Under the pieces are notes generated by a model, which saw nothing but the letters and a program-made list of their open reading frames with translations, did no database searches and was not told where the DNA came from. From assembly GCA_041674805.1 (NCBI GenBank), contig JBAYVA010000001.1, positions 24,624-88,623 on the forward strand: DNA of 64,000 nucleotides. Direction: 5' to 3'. The stretch is from Candidatus Magasanikiibacteriota bacterium (GTDB taxonomy: Bacteria > Patescibacteriota > Patescibacteriia > Magasanikbacterales > UBA922). Made by a program: the position numbers and the translations under genes. This document shows positions 46,960 through 56,872 of this stretch, one piece after another; position 1 is the stretch's first letter, and each line of letters opens with the position of its first letter.

Positions 46960-48810
46960 ATGTTTAAAAAACTTTTTTTGGCAGTAACATTTACATTGTC
47001 TGTTTTTTTATTTGCATCACCTGTTCGTGCTGAAAAGATTGATAATTTTGTAACAAATATAAAAATAAATTCAGATTCTTCTTTTCATGTACAAGAAAAA
47101 ATAGATTATGATTTTGAAAATAGTGAGAGACATGGTATTTATCGTGATATTGTTTATAAATATAATATTAATGATATAATTTATATTATAAATATTGATA
47201 GTGTTAGCGTGACTGATGAAAAAAATAATAAGGTCAATTTCGTAGTAAGTGATAGTAGTGGAGAAAAAAATATTAGAATAGGTGATGCTGACATTTTGGT
47301 AAGTGGACGAAAAACTTATATCATAAATTATGATGTGGAAAGAGCACTTAATTCTTTTGAAAATCATGATGAATTGTATTGGAATGTGACGGGTAATGGT
47401 TGGGAAGTGCCAATTGAAAATGTAGAAACTACAATAGAGTTGCCAACTTCCTCACCATTGTTGAATAGCCAAGTCACTTGCTATGCGGGTGATTATGGAA
47501 GTAAAGATATTTGTACTTCTTTTGATTTCAAGTTTGTTGCTAATAGTACTGAAAATATTTCTGGTGCTGTTTTTCATACCAAAGATCTTTTGGCAAATCA
47601 AGGTATGTCTGTAGTTTTGGGATTTGCCAAAAATATTGTGGATATCAAAGTTGAAAAAAATCCATCTTTAAAATCAGAAACAAATGATTTAGAATCTTTT
47701 ATTTTGGATTTTTCAAAAAATATATCTATTTTTGTTGGCTCTTCTAAAAATAGTGTAGAAACACAAACCACAGAACAATTGTCTGATTTTCCATTGTGGC
47801 TTGGTATTGTATTAATTATTTTGCTTTTTGTTGGCTTACCAATTCTTGTTTTGATTATCATGATTTTGCTTTGGTATTTCAAAGGTCGTGATGAAAATTT
47901 GCACGATCCAATCATTGCTCAGTATGATTCTCCAGAAAATTTGCCGCCAGGGGTGGTGGGTACTATTTTGGATGAAAAAGTCGACAAACAAGATATAAGT
48001 TCAGAAATTATTTATTTGGCTATTGCTGGTTATTTCAAAATTGTTCGTACTGAGACCAAACAATTTATTGGTAAAAAAGTAGATTACACTTTGGAAAAAT
48101 TGAAAGAGGCTGATGATAATTTGAAAGAGTATCAGAAAATTTTATTTAATGCTTTTTTCAAAAAAGGTAATAGTGTCAAATTGTCAGATTTAAAGTATGA
48201 ATTATTTGTAGATTACAAAAAAGCTTCCAAAGAAATGTACAAATTTGTTGGTGATAATGAATATTTTGTAAAAAATCCAGCAAAAGTAAAATTGCATTAT
48301 AATATTGTGGGTTTTGTTTTCATTGGTTTGGGAATGATGACTTTTCCTATATTTACATTTTTTTCTGTAACAGGTCTTTGTTTTTCTGGTGTCATAATTA
48401 TTTTATTTGCGGCTATTATGTCGAAGCGTACTCTCAAAGGTATAAAGGCTAGAAATTATATTTTGGGTTTGAAAGAATATATTAGAGTAGCTGAAAAGAC
48501 AAGAATACAATTTCACAATGCTCCAGAAAAAAATCCGGCTACTTTTGAAAAATTTTTGCCATATGCTATGGTCTTTGGTTTGGAAAAAGAATGGGCAAAG
48601 CAATTTGAAGGAATTTATTTGCAACAACCAACTTGGTATTCTGGAGCTGACTTGGCTACTTTTTCAGCTATTAGTTTTGTAAATGATTTGAATAATTTTG
48701 GGGTAGTTGCCAATAGTAGTTTTTCTCAAAATTCTGGAGCTTCTTCTGGTTTTTCTAGTGGAGGATTTTCTGGTGGTGGTTTTGGTGGTGGTGGGGGAGG
48801 ATCTTGGTAA
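46960..48810 (+). CDS. DUF2207-family membrane protein with a Gly-rich C-terminal tail
   Basis: Signal peptide. The N-terminal motif FHVQEKIDYDFENSERHGIYRDI matches the DUF2207 start. Two TM blocks. C-terminus SGGFSGGGFGGGGGGSW. Confidence 0.7.
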   Translation: MFKKLFLAVTFTLSVFLFASPVRAEKIDNFVTNIKINSDSSFHVQEKIDYDFENSERHGIYRDIVYKYNINDIIYIINIDSVSVTDEKNNKVNFVVSDSSGEKNIRIGDADILVSGRKTYIINYDVERALNSFENHDELYWNVTGNGWEVPIENVETTIELPTSSPLLNSQVTCYAGDYGSKDICTSFDFKFVANSTENISGAVFHTKDLLANQGMSVVLGFAKNIVDIKVEKNPSLKSETNDLESFILDFSKNISIFVGSSKNSVETQTTEQLSDFPLWLGIVLIILLFVGLPILVLIIMILLWYFKGRDENLHDPIIAQYDSPENLPPGVVGTILDEKVDKQDISSEIIYLAIAGYFKIVRTETKQFIGKKVDYTLEKLKEADDNLKEYQKILFNAFFKKGNSVKLSDLKYELFVDYKKASKEMYKFVGDNEYFVKNPAKVKLHYNIVGFVFIGLGMMTFPIFTFFSVTGLCFSGVIIILFAAIMSKRTLKGIKARNYILGLKEYIRVAEKTRIQFHNAPEKNPATFEKFLPYAMVFGLEKEWAKQFEGIYLQQPTWYSGADLATFSAISFVNDLNNFGVVANSSFSQNSGASSGFSSGGFSGGGFGGGGGGSW

Positions 48811-49017
48811 AAAATCCAAATTTCAAATTTTTTGTATAAGATGATAGAAACTTTAGTGTTTGTTAATCCGTTTATGGTGATTAAGTAAATGGAAGAGAAA
48901 TTTTATTTATTTTGAAAAATGTAAGCAGAATCAATTGTTATTTATGATGCAATTAGACATTAATTTTTAAGAAAGATCCCTAGTCGTGCTTCGCCGACTT
49001 GGGATGTTGAACTATTT

Positions 49018-50133
49018 ATGAAAATAGGTATAGACGCTTCTCGGGCAAACAATTTACAAAAAACTGGTGTAGAATGGTATGCTTATTTTTTGTTGCAAGA
49101 ATTAAAAAAAATTATACCAGAAAATGTAGAAGTAATTTTGTATAGTAGGGAAGATTTGCAAGGGGATTTAGCAGATTTACCAAAAAATTGGTCAAACAAA
49201 GTTTTGTCTTGGCCACCAAAAATGTTTTGGACACAAGTTAGACTAAGTTTGGAAATGTTATTTTCTAAAGTAGATGTGCTGTTTGTCCCAGCGCATGTTG
49301 TTCCGATGATTCACCCAAAGAAAACAGTGATGACTGTGCATGATGTGGCAGCACAAAGATTTCCAGATTCTTACAATTGGTTTGAAAATTGGTATTCATT
49401 ATTTTCAGCTAGATTTGCTTTAAAAAAAATTTGGAAAATAATCACACCAAGTAAATTCACAAAAGATGAATTGCAACATTTTTTTGCTGATTATTTTCAG
49501 CCAGAAAAAATAAAAGTGATATATCATGGTTTCAATAATTTGTATCAAAAAAAATATTCACTAGAAGAAAAAAATAATATTTTGCAAAAATACAAAATCA
49601 AAAATAAATTTTTATTGAGTATATCTAGATTGGAATACAAAAAAAATACAGTGGGAATTATCAAATCTTTTGAAATTTTGAAAACGCAAAAAAATTATCA
49701 AGATTTACAGTTAGTCTTGGTAGGCAAACCAGCACATGGTTTTGCTGAAATAAAACAAGTTTTGGAAAATAGTCCATATCGTCAAGATATTATTTTGCCA
49801 GGTTGGGTAGCAGAAAATGATTTGCCAATTATTTTGTCTGCAGCACAAGTTTTTGTTTTTCCGTCTTTGTATGAAGGTTTTGGTTTGCCAGTATTACAAG
49901 CTTTTGCATCTTCGGTACCTGTGGTCACGTCTAGTGACAGTAGTTTGAGTGAAATATCCAAAGATGCTGCCATGCTTGTAAAATCAGATGATTATCAAGC
50001 TATTGCTGACGCTATTAAACAATTGTTATCAGACGAAAATTTGCGTCAAGAAAAAATAAAACTTGGTTTGCAAAGAGCCAGTGAATTTTCTTGGGAAAAG
50101 TGTGGAAGAGAAACTTGGAGAGTGTTGAAATAG
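49018..50133 (+). CDS. Glycosyltransferase family 1 (GT4)
   Basis: EGFGLPVLQAFASSVPVVTS (E-x7-E) and an overall GT-B layout. Confidence 0.8.
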   Translation: MKIGIDASRANNLQKTGVEWYAYFLLQELKKIIPENVEVILYSREDLQGDLADLPKNWSNKVLSWPPKMFWTQVRLSLEMLFSKVDVLFVPAHVVPMIHPKKTVMTVHDVAAQRFPDSYNWFENWYSLFSARFALKKIWKIITPSKFTKDELQHFFADYFQPEKIKVIYHGFNNLYQKKYSLEEKNNILQKYKIKNKFLLSISRLEYKKNTVGIIKSFEILKTQKNYQDLQLVLVGKPAHGFAEIKQVLENSPYRQDIILPGWVAENDLPIILSAAQVFVFPSLYEGFGLPVLQAFASSVPVVTSSDSSLSEISKDAAMLVKSDDYQAIADAIKQLLSDENLRQEKIKLGLQRASEFSWEKCGRETWRVLK

Positions 50134-50146
50134 TTTTTAGATGAAC

Positions 50147-50291
50147 TAGGTTTTAGGTTATAGGTTAATTAGGTTCTGGGTTATAGGTAAGCTAGGTTTT
50201 AGGTTATAGTTTTTATTTGAACTAGGTCACCCCTATAACCTAACATCTAAAACCTATCACCTAACACCTAATATCTAACACCTAATTTACC
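50147..50291. repeat. Inverted pair of family-B heptad arrays (forward GTTNTAG x9 at 50147..50209, reverse CTANAAC x8 at 50222..50291) separated by only 12 nt. tgaactaggt is duplicated at 50142 and 50217
   Basis: Read directly from the sequence. The reverse array again contains the ctaggtcacc unit. Confidence 0.65.
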
Positions 50292-50329
50292 TTGCTCAAA
50301 GCTCTTTTTTGTGGTATTATATAGTCACT

Positions 50330-51238
50330 ATGGAAGAAATTTTGGGCCACAATGTTATATTAGATTTTTTTGAAAAAGTAAAAGCCAATAATAAGATGAG
50401 TCATGCTTATTGTTTTGTTGGTCCTAAAAATGTTGGTAAAATGACAGTAGCTAAATATTTGGGAGCTCAAATCTTGGGAGTAAAACCTGAAAAAATTTTT
50501 ACTTCACCAGATTTTTTTCTTTTGGAACAAATAATCAAAGAAAAGACTGGTAAACTTGGTAAAGATATTAGTATTGATCAAGTACGTGAATTGGTAAATT
50601 TTGTCTCAAAACGTTCTTTTCTTGGTGGTTATAAAATTGTAATTATTGATAATGCTCATTTGCTCAGTACTTCTGCTAGTAATGCTATTTTGAAAACTTT
50701 GGAAGAACCAAGTGAAAAGACAGTTATTTTTTTGATTACAGATGATGACAAAAAAATTTTACCGACTATTTTGTCTCGTTGTCAGACTATAAATTTTTCA
50801 ACAGTCTCTGATGAAATTTTAAGAATTTTTTTGAAAAAAAATAATTTATCTACAGAAGATATTGATTTTATTCAAAAGTACTCTTGCGGTTTACCGGGAA
50901 TAGCTGTAAAATTAATGTCAGATAGTGAATATTTGATAATGTACAAAAATGAAATAGAAAGATTTAGAAATTTGTTTGGAAAATTATTTTTTGAAAAATT
51001 AAAATTAGTAGAAGAATTGTTTGGTGACAAAAAAGATCATATTCAAGCAAGAAATAATTTGGTAGATGTTTTGGATATTTGGCAGACATGTTTGCATTTG
51101 GATATTCAAGAAAAAGAAAATTTGGACAAAGCTACTTTTTTGAATATTTATAACAGTATAGAAAATGCCAAAGTATTGCTAGGCAAAAATGTTCATCCTA
51201 GACTTTTGATAGAAAATATTTTATTACAAATCATTTAA
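50330..51238 (+). CDS. holB: DNA polymerase III delta-prime subunit
   Basis: AAA+ clamp-loader fold: HAYCFVGPKNVGKMTVAKYLG, IIDNAHLLS, LKTLEEP and SRCQ. Start at the ATG at 50330 (MEEILGHN). Confidence 0.8.
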   Translation: MEEILGHNVILDFFEKVKANNKMSHAYCFVGPKNVGKMTVAKYLGAQILGVKPEKIFTSPDFFLLEQIIKEKTGKLGKDISIDQVRELVNFVSKRSFLGGYKIVIIDNAHLLSTSASNAILKTLEEPSEKTVIFLITDDDKKILPTILSRCQTINFSTVSDEILRIFLKKNNLSTEDIDFIQKYSCGLPGIAVKLMSDSEYLIMYKNEIERFRNLFGKLFFEKLKLVEELFGDKKDHIQARNNLVDVLDIWQTCLHLDIQEKENLDKATFLNIYNSIENAKVLLGKNVHPRLLIENILLQII

Positions 51239-51258
51239 TTTATTTTAAATTTTAAAAT

Positions 51259-52353
51259 TTGAATATGCAAAAAAAATTTTTAATTTTAACATTTTTGCTC
51301 ACGGCTGTATTTTTGACCGGAGCTGGTTGTATCGATGTTGGTGGTGGTAACGATGCTGCTACTTCTGGTCCAGCTGGTATGTTTGTTAGTACTGACAAAG
51401 GAGATAATTGGACAGCTATCTCATATATGCCAACTAGTAAAGGTGTCCAAAGTTTGGAAAATATTAGTGTTTATTCTTTGGTAGAAGACAGAAATGATAG
51501 TAAAGCTTTGTTTTGGGCTTCACGTGAGAAAGGTCTTTTTTATACTTTTGATAGTGGTAAAACTTGGAGTCAATCTGGCGATCCTTTGAATGTTTCTTTG
51601 GTACGTGCTGTGACTATTCATCCTGAAGATAGATGTGCTATTTATGCAACTAATGGTAGACAAGTTTTCAAGACAGTAGATTGTGTACGTTCTTGGGAAG
51701 AAGTATTTATTGAAGTAAGAAGTACAGTTTCTATTACTGATGTAGCTTTTGATCCATTTTTTCCAGAAAATGTTTATGTTTCCGAGAGTGATGGTACTTT
51801 GCTTATGAGTAATGATGGTGGTGTTAGTTGGTCTATTTTGAACAAATTCAAAGGTTACATTAGAAATATTGCTTTTGATAGTAATACTGATGGATTAGTA
51901 TTCATAACTACTTTGAAAAATGGTCTTTTCCGTTCTCGTGATAGTGGAGAAACTTGGACAGATTTGACTGAAAAAATAAAAGACTATTCAGGAGCTCTTG
52001 AATTTAAAAGATTTTTGGTGTACTCTAGCAAAGGTGAAGAAATTTTCTGGATTTCCAAATATGGTATTTTGACTTCTCGTAATGCTGGTGAAGATTGGGA
52101 AGCTATCAAATTAGTTACTCCTCCAGGAAGTGTAGATATTTATAGTTTTACGGTAAATAGACAGAATAGTAAAGAAATGTATTATACTGCAACCAATAGT
52201 ATCAATAGATCTAATTTTTATAGAACGACAGATGGCGGACAAAATTGGGAAACACGTCGTTTACCAAGTAAACAATTACCAACAGTTTTGTTTGCTCATC
52301 CAGAAAATGATGGTTGGTTGTATCTAGGCTTTACTATTCCACCAAAAAACTAA
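51259..52353 (+). CDS. BNR/Asp-box repeat (beta-propeller, Ycf48/sialidase-like) lipoprotein
   Basis: Lipobox LTGAGC. Five S-x-D-x-G-x-x-W repeats: STDKGDNW, TFDSGKTW, SNDGGVSW, SRDSGETW and TTDGGQNW. Confidence 0.65.
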   Translation: MNMQKKFLILTFLLTAVFLTGAGCIDVGGGNDAATSGPAGMFVSTDKGDNWTAISYMPTSKGVQSLENISVYSLVEDRNDSKALFWASREKGLFYTFDSGKTWSQSGDPLNVSLVRAVTIHPEDRCAIYATNGRQVFKTVDCVRSWEEVFIEVRSTVSITDVAFDPFFPENVYVSESDGTLLMSNDGGVSWSILNKFKGYIRNIAFDSNTDGLVFITTLKNGLFRSRDSGETWTDLTEKIKDYSGALEFKRFLVYSSKGEEIFWISKYGILTSRNAGEDWEAIKLVTPPGSVDIYSFTVNRQNSKEMYYTATNSINRSNFYRTTDGGQNWETRRLPSKQLPTVLFAHPENDGWLYLGFTIPPKN

Positions 52354-52388
52354 AATAAATAATAAAATAAATTAAGTAAAATTTTTAT

Positions 52389-52940
52389 ATGGGTTTTGTA
52401 AAATCAAATATTGATCTTTTTGACAAAGCAATTGAATTCTTGAAACAAGATATTTCTAATTTGCGTACAGGTCGTGCTACACCTGCTTTGGTAGAAGATA
52501 TTTCTGTCGAAGCGTATGGCACACGTCAACCTTTGAAAGCTGTTGCTTCTATTTCAGTCGCTGATGCTAAGACTATCAATGTCGAACCTTGGGACAAAAG
52601 TCTGACACTAGCTGTAGAAACAGCTATTCGTAATTCTGATATTGGTATCAATCCTGTAAATGATGGTAAATTGATTCGTCTGCCACTTCCAGAGTTAAAT
52701 GCTGAACGTCGTCAAGAACTTATCAAAGTTCTTCACAAAAAACTTGAACAATCTCGTATTTCTTTACGCAAGATTCGTGAAGATGTGCGTACTGAAATAG
52801 ACAAACTAGAAAAAGCCAAAGCTATTTCTGAAGATGATAAATTCATAGAGCAAGAAGATTTGGAAAAAATTGTCAAAGATTACAATGATAAAGTGAAAGA
52901 AATTGGGGAAGAGAAGGAACGTGAAATTACGACTATCTAA
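52389..52940 (+). CDS. frr: Ribosome recycling factor
   Basis: 183 aa, LRTGRATPALVEDISVEAYG...INVEPWDKSL...NDGKLIRLPLPELNAERR. Confidence 0.92.
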   Translation: MGFVKSNIDLFDKAIEFLKQDISNLRTGRATPALVEDISVEAYGTRQPLKAVASISVADAKTINVEPWDKSLTLAVETAIRNSDIGINPVNDGKLIRLPLPELNAERRQELIKVLHKKLEQSRISLRKIREDVRTEIDKLEKAKAISEDDKFIEQEDLEKIVKDYNDKVKEIGEEKEREITTI

Positions 52941-53062
52941 AAATATACAAAAGTAAATAAACAAATTCCAAATAAATTACAATATACAATAATAAAAAAT
53001 TTGTAGTTTGTTATTTGTTTATTATTTGAAATTTGTGATTTTGATATTTTTTATTCTGACTT

Positions 53063-53506
53063 ATGAGAATTGTACTTCAAAAAGTTAAAGAATCTAAAGT
53101 TAAAATTGAAGGTAAGACCGTTGGTGCTATAACCAATGGTTTTTTGTTATTACTGGCTATTGGCAAAGGTGACACGAATTCCCAAGCTGATTTTTTGGTG
53201 GACAAGATTTGCAAGTTGCGTCTTTTTTCTGACGCAGGTTCTGATAGCTTCATGGAGAAAAATATTTTGGAAGCATTGGGTAGTGTGCTAGTAGTTTCGC
53301 AGTTTACACTTTATGGAGATTGTCAGAAGGGGACAAGACCAAGTTTCACAGATAGTGAAGAACCTGTCAAAGCCAAAGAAATGTATGAATATTTTGTAGA
53401 AAAGATGAAAGAACGTATAGAACGTGTAGAAACTGGCAAATTTGCCGAGCATATGGAAGTGAGTTTGGTAAATGATGGACCGATTACGCTGATTTTGGAG
53501 AAGTAA
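53063..53506 (+). CDS. dtd: D-aminoacyl-tRNA deacylase
   Basis: MRIVLQKV, the SQFTL motif and a C-terminal NDGPIT; length 147 aa. Confidence 0.9.
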   Translation: MRIVLQKVKESKVKIEGKTVGAITNGFLLLLAIGKGDTNSQADFLVDKICKLRLFSDAGSDSFMEKNILEALGSVLVVSQFTLYGDCQKGTRPSFTDSEEPVKAKEMYEYFVEKMKERIERVETGKFAEHMEVSLVNDGPITLILEK

Positions 53507-53567
53507 GTTTTGTGTGGACAAAAAGCTGTTTTTGTGTTATTTTGTAGATATATAGCTAATTTTTTTT

Positions 53568-54935
53568 ATGTCAGATTTATATCCTTTTACATTATTACCT
53601 TCACCAGAAAACTTGATTGGACCTGATAATAGTAATCAAAAAGACATTACTTTTATTGGTAAAACATTATATATCACTGGTATATACCAAACCAATGATA
53701 TTTTTGGTATTAAAAGAGTTGATAGAAATCGTCATACTTATATACTTGGTAAAAGTGGTATGGGTAAAAGTTATCTCATGGAGCAAATGATTCGTAGTGA
53801 TATTGAAAATGGTTTTGGTTTGGCTCTTATTGATCCTCACAAAGATTTAGCTTTTAAACTTTTATCATCTATTCCACCTAATCGTCTAAAAGATGTAGTT
53901 TATATTGATCCTTCTAAACAAGCAAAATTCATTGCTTTCAATCCTTTTGCTAATGTACCTCAAGAGCATAGACAGTCTATGGCTCAAGGTTTGGTAGAAA
54001 TATTTCGTAAACAATTTGCCAGTACTTGGTCACCTCGTATTGAGCATCTTTTTCGTTTTGCTACTTTAGCTATGCTTGAGTATGAAGAGGGAACACTTTA
54101 TGGGATTATGGAATTGATTACTAATGCTCATTATCGTCAAAAAGTTTTACAAAATATTGAAGATGATGTTATCAAAAGATTTTTTTCTGTTGAGTTTGCC
54201 TCTTTTAGTCAAAAGTATGATCAAGAAGCTATTACGCCTTTGACAAATCGTCTTGGTCATTTTTTTTCAGATCCTTTGATGCTTACTATTTTTACTAAAA
54301 AAGAAAATGCTATTGATATTTCAGAAATAATGAATAATGGTAAAATTTTGATCATAAATACTGCGAAAGGTGTTTTGGGAGAAGAAAATAGTGCACTTTT
54401 TGGTTCATTTTTCTTAACAAAAATAGAGCAAGCTGCTATGGCTCGTTCACAAATTGATGTAAAAGACAGGTTACCTTTTTATTTGTATGTGGATGAATTT
54501 CAAAATGTTGCTACAGAATCTTTTGTTGCTCTTTTTTCAGAATCTCGTAAATATTCTATAAATATCACGGTAGCTAATCAATATCTTACTCAACTTCCTG
54601 AAAATTTGATAAATGCTGTTTTGGGCAATGTCGGTATAATGATTGTCTTTCGGGTTGGTGGACAAGATGCTGAGCGTATGTCTCTTGAATTTCAGCCACA
54701 GCTCAAGTCACATGATTTTTTAAATTTAGGTGTAGGTGAATTTTATATAAAGATGGCTATAGATGGTAAAACAACTTTGCCATTTTCAGCTACCACTTTA
54801 AAATTATCTGAACCTGAGTATCCTCAAAATGTAGATTATATATTAAAAAATAATTCTTTGTATATTGATAAAGATTCAGGGTCTCAAACTTTTGATCTTG
54901 AAAATGACATGAACGATTTACCTCCACCATTATAA
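53568..54935 (+). CDS. Soluble VirD4/TraG/TraD-like (FtsK-HerA superfamily) P-loop ATPase with no N-terminal membrane anchor
   Basis: Walker A YILGKSGMGKSY, Walker B FYLYVDEFQN and the C-terminal coupling-protein-like block ANQYLTQLPENLINAVLGNVGIMIVFRVGGQDAERMS. Confidence 0.55.
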   Translation: MSDLYPFTLLPSPENLIGPDNSNQKDITFIGKTLYITGIYQTNDIFGIKRVDRNRHTYILGKSGMGKSYLMEQMIRSDIENGFGLALIDPHKDLAFKLLSSIPPNRLKDVVYIDPSKQAKFIAFNPFANVPQEHRQSMAQGLVEIFRKQFASTWSPRIEHLFRFATLAMLEYEEGTLYGIMELITNAHYRQKVLQNIEDDVIKRFFSVEFASFSQKYDQEAITPLTNRLGHFFSDPLMLTIFTKKENAIDISEIMNNGKILIINTAKGVLGEENSALFGSFFLTKIEQAAMARSQIDVKDRLPFYLYVDEFQNVATESFVALFSESRKYSINITVANQYLTQLPENLINAVLGNVGIMIVFRVGGQDAERMSLEFQPQLKSHDFLNLGVGEFYIKMAIDGKTTLPFSATTLKLSEPEYPQNVDYILKNNSLYIDKDSGSQTFDLENDMNDLPPPL

Positions 54936-54938
54936 AAT

Positions 54939-56657
54939 ATGGAAATTAGTAAAACACCAATTTTTGATAAATTATTGGATGAATACTATAAAAATAGTAC
55001 TTTAGATTTTGTTTGTAAAGAAACAGGTGTGAATTTTGATTTGAACAAAGAGGCTATTGCTACATATAAAAAATTAAAAGTACCTTATCCAAAAGTAGAT
55101 TCGCATATTCGTTTGCGCCGTTTACGGGCTCATATGGGTGGTATAGAATTATTTAGTAGACTTGATGAGAATAGCCAAAAAATTATTTCTATATACGATC
55201 CTGAAAGTTCTGTTTTTGTTGTATCAATGGATCATTGGTTTAGTGATGATTTTGATGCTACAAAATATGGTGTTCATTTTGATACACAAAAAGATTTTTT
55301 TTCACAATGGAAAATTTTTTCTTCTAGTATACCTAGACCCGCTTTAGTAACAGATCCAAATAGTGAAAATTGTTCATGGTGTTCTTATGATTTAGCTTCA
55401 AAAGATTGTTATGCAACTTTTGGTTCTGTGGAGAGTGATCATATCTTGTTTGGTGACATGCCTATTTTTTCCAAAAATAGTGTAGATGTTGGCAATGTTA
55501 CAAAGACAGAATGGTCTTATGAAACTGTATCTTGTTTTCAATGTTCACAGGCTTTCTTTTCTGCTTTTTGTGAATCTTCTTATAATATTTATTTTTGTTT
55601 TGGTTGTAGAAATATTTCTGATTGTTTTGGTTGTTACAATATTCAAAACAAAAAATATTGTTTTTTCAATGAACAATTGACAAAAGAAAAGTACGAAGAG
55701 TATATGAAAAAAATTAACTTAGGAGATCGTGCTGTTGTTGATGCTTATTTGAATAAAAAAGTTAATGATTTATGGAAGTCCTCATATCTTTTGGCTAGTG
55801 GCAATTTCAATTCTGAAAGATCAATAGGGGATGAAGTCGTGGAAAGTCAGGATGTTGTTGGTATCTCTGTTTTCAAAAATGAACGTGTTTATAATACTTT
55901 TGACACTTCTTTTTCTAAAGATAGTTGTGATATCACCACATGTTCGTCTGTGGAAAAATCAGTGAACTGCGTAAGTTGTACTGAGGGTTTTGAAAATAAA
56001 ATGTGTATCTCTTGTCATGGTTGTATAGATATAGAATATAGTGAACATTGTATTTCTTGCGAGCATTGTTTTGCTTGTGTTGGACTTAGACATAAAAAGT
56101 TTTGTATTTTTAATGTTCAGTATAGTGAAGAAGAATATTGGATTAAGTTAGATGAAATAAAGTCTGCAATGTTTTTGAGTGGTGAATATGGTGAATTTTT
56201 TCCATATAGCACTTCATTTTTTGCTTACAATACTTCTCATGCAGACACTTTTTTTCCTTTAGAAAAAACAGAAGTAGAAAAATTACAAGCTCGTTGGTAT
56301 ACTTCTCCAAAAAAATCTGAAGATGCTAATTTTGAATTGTTACCTGAAAAATTGGTTGATTTTGATGAAAATATTTTGCAAAAACAATTTATTTGTCCAA
56401 CTTCTAGACGATTTATTAGTGTAGTCAAACCACAACTTGCTTTTCATAAAAAAATGAATGTTGCTTTGTCTGTAGAACATCCTTCTATACGTAGAAAAAA
56501 AAGGTATACGCTTATGGGAGGTTTGCAATTACACAGAACAAATTGTGTTGAATGTCAAACAGAAATTTATACACGTCATAATATAAGTACAAAACAAAAA
56601 ATTGTTTGTGGACAATGTTATAGTAAAATTTTGCTAGAGGATAGAATGATGTTGTAA
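54939..56657 (+). CDS. Cysteine-rich repeat protein (over 50 Cys in tandem C-x2-C ... N/E units); function unknown
   Basis: Examples: CFQCSQAFFSAFCESSYNIYFCFGCRNISDCFGCYNIQNKKYCFFN and CVSCTEGFENKMCISCHGCIDIEYSEHCISCEHCFACVGLRHKKFCIFN. Starts 4 nt after the ATPase stop. Confidence 0.5.
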   Translation: MEISKTPIFDKLLDEYYKNSTLDFVCKETGVNFDLNKEAIATYKKLKVPYPKVDSHIRLRRLRAHMGGIELFSRLDENSQKIISIYDPESSVFVVSMDHWFSDDFDATKYGVHFDTQKDFFSQWKIFSSSIPRPALVTDPNSENCSWCSYDLASKDCYATFGSVESDHILFGDMPIFSKNSVDVGNVTKTEWSYETVSCFQCSQAFFSAFCESSYNIYFCFGCRNISDCFGCYNIQNKKYCFFNEQLTKEKYEEYMKKINLGDRAVVDAYLNKKVNDLWKSSYLLASGNFNSERSIGDEVVESQDVVGISVFKNERVYNTFDTSFSKDSCDITTCSSVEKSVNCVSCTEGFENKMCISCHGCIDIEYSEHCISCEHCFACVGLRHKKFCIFNVQYSEEEYWIKLDEIKSAMFLSGEYGEFFPYSTSFFAYNTSHADTFFPLEKTEVEKLQARWYTSPKKSEDANFELLPEKLVDFDENILQKQFICPTSRRFISVVKPQLAFHKKMNVALSVEHPSIRRKKRYTLMGGLQLHRTNCVECQTEIYTRHNISTKQKIVCGQCYSKILLEDRMML

Positions 56658-56660
56658 ATA

Positions 56661-56689
56661 TTGACTAAACTCACACTTTTTGCTATATT
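56661..56689 (+). promoter_or_regulatory. Candidate promoter of the glyS leader (TTGACT, 17-nt spacer, TATATT)
   Basis: -35 at 56661..56666 and -10 at 56684..56689. Confidence 0.45.
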
Positions 56690-56695
56690 AAATCC

Positions 56696-56872
56696 ATCAC
56701 TTATGACAAACTTTTGGCGAGTTTCGAGGTGATACAAATTTATTAGAGAGTCCGCCTAATCGGCGGAAGCTTGGGTGGAACCGTCCATGTTTGGACCCCA
56801 AGACTTCTAACAAGAGGTCTTTTTATTTTTTTAAGAAAAATGTGCTATAATATATATAATAATTTATTCTAT
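56696..56872 (+). promoter_or_regulatory. Candidate minimal T-box riboswitch leader of glyS
   Basis: gggtggaaccg at 56773..56783 matches the T-box core GGGTGGNACCG. A hairpin with a T-run lies at about 56797..56830. A candidate GGC (Gly) specifier is at 56716..56718, with AGAGAG at 56745. Confidence 0.4.

Noticed and set aside
50147-50291. Possible CRISPR array, suggested by the regularly repeated short units
   Set aside because: The units are 7 bp with no spacers of 25-40 bp, there are no cas genes in the window, and the arrays are inverted relative to each other. This is a heptad microsatellite-like repeat, not CRISPR.
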